From: a virus
Taxonomy: Duplodnaviria; Caudoviricetes
Direction: 5' to 3' (one strand)
Length of the DNA: 64,000 nt
IMG/VR virus record: IMGVR_UViG_3300033067_001757
Span: 96,001 to 160,000 of that record
A program made the position numbers and the translations under genes. This document shows, piece after piece, positions 58,685 to 64,000 of the stretch (the first letter of the stretch is position 1; every line of letters begins with the position of its first letter). Below the pieces are notes generated by a model. The model was not told the DNA's origin. It worked only from the letters and a program-made list of their open reading frames with translations, and did no database searches.

Positions 58685-59266
58685 ATGAAACAGGAAATTA
58701 AAGTTAGGTTGGTAGGTAAAAATGTAAAGCAGCATACCATAACTAACGAAGGTTCAGTAAGTGTAAACAGGCAGGTTACTGATATTGCAGTTCTGCTTTG
58801 TTTAGATGCAACCCAATTTGAAAAGCTGCCAAAAGTTGAGGTTGTTTACAATGGTGTAACACATTCTTTCAACATGGTGAAAGATGCCGCAAAATTATCT
58901 TTCACTTTGTTGCTCGAAATTGGTAAGGTATTGTTTTCTAATGTTACCACTTTTGAAGGTCGTACGGAACAAAGCAGTAACCCTATTGCATTAGCAATAC
59001 TTGTACCTTTTAAGTACAAGGAAAAAACCGTGTCATATGAAGCATACACTAAAGCCATTAGTGTAAAGTTTTCCGGTCTCAAAACATTGGTTAAACACGA
59101 GCAAAACAAAGCAGCTTTTTTAGATACTGCTTTTAATGCTACTGTTTCTATTGCCAAAATTGCGAATAGCGAATATTCAAAAATCGCTAAAGGTGCAAAG
59201 GAAATTGCCGCTAAAGGTTATGCTGCTGCCATTGCTGCAAACCGTTTGCCCGTTGCTACTGCTTAA
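58685..59266 (+). CDS. Hypothetical early protein (193 aa)
   Basis: Clean ORF with AAAAGTT-ATG initiation context; no recognisable family. Confidence 0.75.
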   Translation: MKQEIKVRLVGKNVKQHTITNEGSVSVNRQVTDIAVLLCLDATQFEKLPKVEVVYNGVTHSFNMVKDAAKLSFTLLLEIGKVLFSNVTTFEGRTEQSSNPIALAILVPFKYKEKTVSYEAYTKAISVKFSGLKTLVKHEQNKAAFLDTAFNATVSIAKIANSEYSKIAKGAKEIAAKGYAAAIAANRLPVATA

Positions 59267-59274
59267 TTTTTGAT

Positions 59275-59449
59275 AGGGTTACAATACAACAATTTTGCAG
59301 CCCTTAATTAGTTATTAGTTAGCGTTTATTGTGAGTATGGTTTGAACTTGTGCAATACAACAATTTTGCAGCAAGTTGTTAAACGCTCTTTTACATAGTT
59401 TGTTTATAGTCTAATTTAAGATGCCGCAATACAACAATTTTGCAATGGC
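59275..59449 (+). repeat. Three hairpins sharing CAATACAACAATTTTGCA (loop TACAACAATT)
   Basis: Exact 18-mer at 59282, 59353 and 59427; flanks differ but base-pair in each copy. Confidence 0.85.
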
Positions 59450-59649
59450 TTTATACTGTTTACATTGTACATATCTTTTACAAAAATTAAAGGTAAAGTA
59501 CACTAAAAAATGTTTATAGTAAACTCGAAAGTAAACGATAACAAACAGGTATGTACTAAATTTGTGCAGCTATCTTTTTTGAATAGCGGGAGCAATACAT
59601 TAAAACAATTATGTACCCGTGAAAAAAATTTAAACTACTGCGTAAACTA

Positions 59650-60465
59650 AACTTCCGTTCCTTCATGTTTCTACATGGTGTATCATATAACGGATTGATG
59701 TTTACAAAGTGATAAGGTTTAAATCGTGTGTATCCCAGTACGCACATTCATAAAACATTAGCTTAATCAATAACAGCACAAACGTACATAAGGCCATCGT
59801 GATACTGTTGATCAGGTAAGAGGTATGTCTATACCCAGCCAGGGATACGTGTGTACATTCGTGTGCCCATACTCCCACTTGTGCTACCTGGAACGGTCAT
59901 AAAGCATCTACCTTAAATGGTTGGTTTTGTAGTTTGATGCTTACACGTTTACATGAAAACTACACCAAAGCGGGTACGCATACGCTGAGGATACCGGATG
60001 AGTCCGGATAATATATGCCCATGAACGAATTGTTATACTTAGCATTCGCATGGATCAAAACTATAAGTAAGTACATTCACTACCGGAACCATGTACAGTA
60101 CACCAGGTTAACCGGTTCAACGTCCGCGGCATCATGTGCTTCGGCGCTTTTGTTATATCCCAACATAAATGACAACCATCGTTAAGCAGTATAATTCACA
60201 GGCAATTGCGTAAGCCCTGTACTTAAAATCGTAAGTCTTAGCACATACAGTCATACTCGGGATCAATGGGCAACGACGTAGCTATCCCCCTCACGGGTTT
60301 GGTTAGGAGCTTCGTATGGCTCCCCCATTGCGGCAGGTAAGGTAAACATGTGTAAACCGGTAACCAACCCGTTACATGCATAAGCCCTTACCAAATCAAC
60401 CGGTTGCGTAATACCTGTCCCTTCATAGACAGTTAGATAGACTCGCAGTCTGTCCCGGTTGCTAA
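59650..60465 (+). ncRNA. Candidate large structured non-coding RNA
   Basis: No credible ORF, raised GC, multiple nested stems (see findings); boundaries approximate. Confidence 0.4.
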
Positions 60466-60480
60466 CTAAAAATTAAGGTT

Positions 60481-60603
60481 ATGCGACATCTAAAACTGTA
60501 CAGGCAAATCAGGTTATGGGAACTGAAGATAACTAAAATGAGTTCTCTGCATAAGGTAATGTGGAAAGCTGAATGGTTTAAGCACAGGCAAGCGATACAG
60601 TAA
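60481..60603 (+). CDS. Small basic protein (40 aa, not in ORF track)
   Basis: AATTAAGGTT-ATG; MRHLKLYRQIRLWELKITKMSSLHKVMWKAEWFKHRQAIQ. Confidence 0.5.
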   Translation: MRHLKLYRQIRLWELKITKMSSLHKVMWKAEWFKHRQAIQ

Positions 60604-60688
60604 GTTATCTTCCTTTCAGACGTACATACATATCAAAACAACATTCACGGGCTTAAATCGCCTTAAAATCGCTAAATCAATAAAGGTC

Positions 60689-60811
60689 ATGTACATTCTC
60701 ATAGTTCCGGTACTGGCAGCCATTAAGATTATACTTGTTATCCTGCAGAATCCAAAGGTAGATTTGGAATCAGGTAATTATGATGTTCTGCCAAGTAATA
60801 TACCGGTGTAA
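60689..60811 (+). CDS. Small membrane protein (40 aa, not in ORF track)
   Basis: AATAAAGGTC-ATG; MYILIVPVLAAIKIILVILQNPKV... Confidence 0.55.
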   Translation: MYILIVPVLAAIKIILVILQNPKVDLESGNYDVLPSNIPV

Positions 60812-60835
60812 TCAAAAAACAAATAAAGGTCATGT

Positions 60836-60869
60836 AAGGAATGTTGGCTTAGGTTGGCATTCCTTTTTT
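60836..60869 (+). terminator. Intrinsic terminator
   Basis: AAGGAATG...CATTCCTT followed by TTTT. Confidence 0.7.
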
Positions 60870-60922
60870 ACTTCACATTCAATCACTTCAATAAAACGCC
60901 CGTATCCGGGTAAAGAAAGGTC

Positions 60923-61186
60923 ATGGAAAGAGCAATTGTAATCCCGATGCCAACAGTACTTGGCAAGATAGACTTAAACGCAATCAACCAGCGTGAGCAA
61001 CAGGCTAAGAAGGCCAAACGTGTGTTCATTAATGAATCTCGTGAGAAGGCTGAGGAATTTAATGAAACCTTGGACCGAAAGAAGAAACAGGAAAACCTTC
61101 ACAAAGACCTGCAAAGAGCTTTCTCACGCAGACCTGGTGCCACTGTTACAGATGATCATGGCCATCTGGTGATCAAATTAAGTTAA
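60923..61186 (+). CDS. Hypothetical protein
   Basis: AAAGGTC-ATG; 87 aa, VLGKIDL motif. Confidence 0.65.
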   Translation: MERAIVIPMPTVLGKIDLNAINQREQQAKKAKRVFINESREKAEEFNETLDRKKKQENLHKDLQRAFSRRPGATVTDDHGHLVIKLS

Positions 61187-61307
61187 ATGCCCTACAGGGC
61201 ACTTTTCCACTCGGTCCCGGTACTACTCGTAACTGATATAGGCCGGGGCTATTCTATTAAACGTCCGTTACGGACAATTAAAACGCCCTTATAGGGCAAT
61301 TAAGATC

Positions 61308-61718
61308 ATGGAAACAGGTACAGTATTAAACCAGCAAGAGTTATTCCTACTCGTTAAACAGGAAGCTGAGAACTTAAAAGTACATGCTACACAGGAAGAG
61401 CTGTCTAATTTGAGTTTTGATAAATTGGGTCCTTTAAACGCTGATGCATGTGTATACGGATTGATGACTGGTTGTTGTTACAGTACAAGAGCTACTGAAC
61501 TTATAAACTTATGCTGCGAAAGAGTTATAAGTGATGATTCTGGTGTAAGCAGCAGCAGAGTATTGAATAGATCACCAAAGACATCAATCAGAACGTCATA
61601 CTGGTCACCAATAGAAGTTTACATTGCTCAGGAAGGACAGTTGATTAGTAACAACAAATCCCTCATATCCTTTCTTAAGTCCGAAACAGATACTCTAACC
61701 TTTAACGAAGCTATATGA
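61308..61718 (+). CDS. Hypothetical protein
   Basis: 136 aa, CVYGLMTG.C motif. Confidence 0.65.
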   Translation: METGTVLNQQELFLLVKQEAENLKVHATQEELSNLSFDKLGPLNADACVYGLMTGCCYSTRATELINLCCERVISDDSGVSSSRVLNRSPKTSIRTSYWSPIEVYIAQEGQLISNNKSLISFLKSETDTLTFNEAI

Positions 61719-61870
61719 ACCACATCACACTCCTTCAGGCACAAAACAGGATCAACTACTTAAACGGTATAATCTCCATTCTTGGTACCCGGTTGGCTCA
61801 TAAATACGTATTGGAACTTGACAACCTGGTTGCATACATCGAAACACTTAACTGGGAGCTTGGCTATTGA
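61715..61870 (+). CDS. Small hypothetical protein (51 aa, not in ORF track)
   Basis: ATGA overlap with the previous gene; MNHITLLQAQNRINYLNG...WELGY. Confidence 0.55.
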   Translation: MNHITLLQAQNRINYLNGIISILGTRLAHKYVLELDNLVAYIETLNWELGY

Positions 61871-61910
61871 AGAAATCCGGTCAGTATTCGAAGCAAACCG
61901 TAGGATGGTT

Positions 61911-61941
61911 GAGGGCATTAGCTTTCAGCCCTCTTGTTTTT
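61911..61941 (+). terminator. Probable intrinsic terminator
   Basis: GAGGGC...GCCCTC followed by TTGTTTTT. Confidence 0.55.
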
Positions 61942-62355
61942 CGGTAAAAAAGCATTAATGAAGCGTTTTGGTATTAACATTTCATTAGCACTGTTTTATT
62001 TGTTAATATATATCCAATTTTTATGGATTTATTTGGTGGTTTGCACGGGAGGGGCAGCTTCCCTCCCATCCGGTCGGTCGCACCCTACGGGGTATGTTAT
62101 GATTTGTAGACCTGTTATTCCATAAATGTTATTTGTATATACAAATGTTTCCCACTTTTTACCACAAAATCCCACATAGGTATGGTTTATAGTATGTTTG
62201 TATATACAAATATAATAGTTCTTCAACATTTCGTACACACTCGTTAGCATCGTTCCAACAAGTTCAGAATAATATTTGTTTAGCCCCGGCTCCCGATGCT
62301 CCGGGACATATCACCTTATTACACTCACCTTTTAAATACCCGTAATGGGATTTCA

Positions 62356-62559
62356 ATGAATCACTTTGAACATAAAATGTATACTTCCCTTCGCAGTCAG
62401 GGTATTGAACAGGAAATTGCCGCTAAGTCATCTTCTTTATTGTTGGCAGTATTGGCAAATGTTGCTATGATCAGGGAAGATGGGAAGCCTTGTGTGTTTA
62501 TTGGTATCTCGGATGTAGATATTGAAAAGATAATTAAGGCTTTACAATCTTTAAAATAA
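62356..62559 (+). CDS. Hypothetical protein
   Basis: Start taken at MNHF (62356); the track start at 62296 is also possible. Confidence 0.55.
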   Translation: MNHFEHKMYTSLRSQGIEQEIAAKSSSLLLAVLANVAMIREDGKPCVFIGISDVDIEKIIKALQSLK

Positions 62560-62566
62560 TCTCAGT

Positions 62567-62899
62567 ATGCAAGAGATACATTCATATGATTGCAGTAAGC
62601 AATGTACAGGATTATACATTGATGTGAACGGAACAGGCAGAGAATACAATGTATTACTTTTAGTACAGGCTTATTCCAAACGTAGCCGGAAAGGAAAGAT
62701 TGTTGTATCTACCAAACCATTCCCGGATTGTATTAAAGTAAAACGTGAAGATTGGGAAAGAGATATAAAGCATTATAATATCGTTGATTGGAATAATTAT
62801 ATCTGGCCGGTTTTTAATACTGCTCATATCACTCTTGCTTTTACCAGGTTTAAAAATAAGAAATTGTATATCCGTGTAATTCCTAATACTAAATCGTAA
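62567..62899 (+). CDS. Hypothetical protein
   Basis: 110-aa ORF in operon. Confidence 0.55.
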   Translation: MQEIHSYDCSKQCTGLYIDVNGTGREYNVLLLVQAYSKRSRKGKIVVSTKPFPDCIKVKREDWERDIKHYNIVDWNNYIWPVFNTAHITLAFTRFKNKKLYIRVIPNTKS

Positions 62900-63282
62900 T
62901 GAATATGCAAATCATAACTCTTTCCAATGGTAAACGTGTTGCTAACTTCAGCAGCCCACATCCTTTTGTTTTTACAGATGGTAGTATTTTACCAGGTGTA
63001 TCAGAACGAGATGCTTTGTGGTATGCTGTTACCTTTATAGAAGACGATCTTGGTAATGGTGATATCAAACTTACATTTGATATTACAGATGCTATATGGA
63101 ATCTTATGATCAGATGGAATGAAGCGTGGGGAGCTAAAGAAGTCGATGTTGTATTCTGTCCTTTACCGATGATCATCGCTTTACATAATTGGGGATACAA
63201 TGTCCGTAACAGTCCTTTCAGATGTATCCGTATTGAAGATCGTATTAATAAACTCGTTTCAATTGATAAACAAACACTTTAA
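62899..63282 (+). CDS. Hypothetical protein
   Basis: 127 aa, RVANFSSPHPF.FTDGS; coupled start/stop. Confidence 0.65.
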   Translation: MNMQIITLSNGKRVANFSSPHPFVFTDGSILPGVSERDALWYAVTFIEDDLGNGDIKLTFDITDAIWNLMIRWNEAWGAKEVDVVFCPLPMIIALHNWGYNVRNSPFRCIRIEDRINKLVSIDKQTL

Positions 63283-63294
63283 ATCATTATTGTT

Positions 63295-63540
63295 ATGAAA
63301 GCTCTTGCCTGTTTTGGAAAAATAATATCTCCTTACTTTGCGTCTCACAATACACCGGAACAGATATTGTATTGGTTTCAGATTAACTTTTATTCATGTT
63401 TATCTGTCAATGAACCTTCCAGTTGTACCTTTGAGTTAGATGAGAGTAAAGAATATATTCTCATATATGGTGATGAGGATCATATTGAGATAAATATGAT
63501 GAATATTGTCGCGGTTGACCTTGATTTAAATCCTTATTAA
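63295..63540 (+). CDS. Hypothetical protein
   Basis: 81-aa ORF in operon. Confidence 0.5.
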   Translation: MKALACFGKIISPYFASHNTPEQILYWFQINFYSCLSVNEPSSCTFELDESKEYILIYGDEDHIEINMMNIVAVDLDLNPY

Positions 63541-63563
63541 ACAAACATTTTAAAATAAATACA

Positions 63564-63851
63564 ATGACACAAGAACGAATCAATAAGTATTTCCAATCTT
63601 CACTGGGCCAACAGTTGGATATTCTTTATTCAACATCTGATGACAGAGTATTCATCCGTTATCACGAAGAAGCTGTAAAGCATACAGAAGGTTTACTCGA
63701 TCACGGAACAGCACCGCTGGTAGACAAGACTATTGAAACCTGGTATCCCGAAGAAGATGATGAAGAAAACGAAAGGAACCTCATGAGAGAAGAGTCTAAG
63801 CGCAGGACCTTAACCGAAGATGAAAGGATTATTTATAATATTTTCGATTAA
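63564..63851 (+). CDS. Hypothetical protein
   Basis: 95-aa ORF in operon. Confidence 0.55.
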   Translation: MTQERINKYFQSSLGQQLDILYSTSDDRVFIRYHEEAVKHTEGLLDHGTAPLVDKTIETWYPEEDDEENERNLMREESKRRTLTEDERIIYNIFD

Positions 63852-63868
63852 CAAATAAAATAAAGTTT

Positions 63869-64000
63869 ATGACACAACCAACAATGTTAACATTTAACAA
63901 CAACGCTGAATTAAAATCAGAGCTATTATCAAAATTGAAACATCATCAGGAACTTGATACCTTCATACAAGGTACATGGTTAACTGATGAGAAGGTTGAA
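63869..64000 (+). CDS. Partial hypothetical protein (runs off window)
   Basis: AATAAAGTTT-ATG; MTQPTMLTFNNNAELKSELLSKLKHHQELDTFIQGTW... Confidence 0.6.
   Translation, partial: MTQPTMLTFNNNAELKSELLSKLKHHQELDTFIQGTWLTDEKVE

Noticed and set aside
59275-59449. CRISPR mini-array interpretation of the three 18-bp repeats
   Set aside because: The repeat is too short, the gaps (53 and 56 nt) are too long, the flanks base-pair across each repeat, and there are no cas genes in the window.
59510-59650. 46-codon plus-strand ORF after the hairpin array
   Set aside because: It lacks the AAGGT(C/T) start context of neighbouring small genes and has no protein-like features; it cannot be fully excluded.
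59985-60030. Hammerhead ribozyme (CTGAGGA followed by a hairpin)
   Set aside because: There is no GAAA after stem II and no stem I/III pairing found.
60100-60135. tRNA (GGTTCAA T-loop-like)
   Set aside because: The loop is 8 nt, and no acceptor stem, D arm or anticodon arm could be built. No tRNA was seen anywhere in the window.
61934-62250. Track ORFs 61934..62125 (+) and 62029..62250 (-)
   Set aside because: They start in a terminator tail or span palindromes and hairpins; the region is better explained as regulatory.
1-64000. Alternative genetic code (stop-codon reassignment)
   Set aside because: Core genes are full length under code 11, and TAG/TGA act as normal stops in tightly packed operons.

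Overview
A 64-kb segment of a large, AT-rich, T4-like (myovirus-type) bacteriophage genome read with the standard genetic code. The host is very likely a member of Bacteroidota. This rests on several TTTG-N20/21-TAnnTTTG promoters, the absence of canonical SD sites, a Gln-at-+1 signal peptide and Bacteroidota-type fibre C-termini. Bases 1-49,600 (minus strand) hold the morphogenesis block: fibres, gp15/14/13 neck, PhoH, gp23 capsid, scaffold, gp21 protease, portal, terminase, holin, primase, baseplate genes (gp6, gp25, gp5-like), a gp55-like late sigma, an HD hydrolase and three GIY-YIG homing endonucleases. An AT-rich divergent-promoter/origin-like switch lies at about 49.6-50.0 kb. It is followed by plus-strand early/accessory genes (two nucleotidyltransferases, a glycosyltransferase, SLOG, a cyclic-phosphate receiver domain and many small ORFs). 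Most notable: (1) An early locus at 58.6-60.5 kb. A promoter is followed by a hairpin with loop YACAACAATW, an unknown 193-aa gene, three more hairpins with the same loop on different stems, and about 1 kb of structured non-coding sequence. (2) Two paralogous glycoside-hydrolase-like proteins. One is exported with host-type glycosylation sequons; the other is virion-associated and studded with [ST]-[GAS]-S motifs that mark virion-exterior proteins generally. (3) A baseplate gene split by a docked tailspike + hydrolase cassette. (4) A late promoter that is the reverse complement of the T4 TATAAATA box. All protein calls come from motif recognition by eye; no searches were run.
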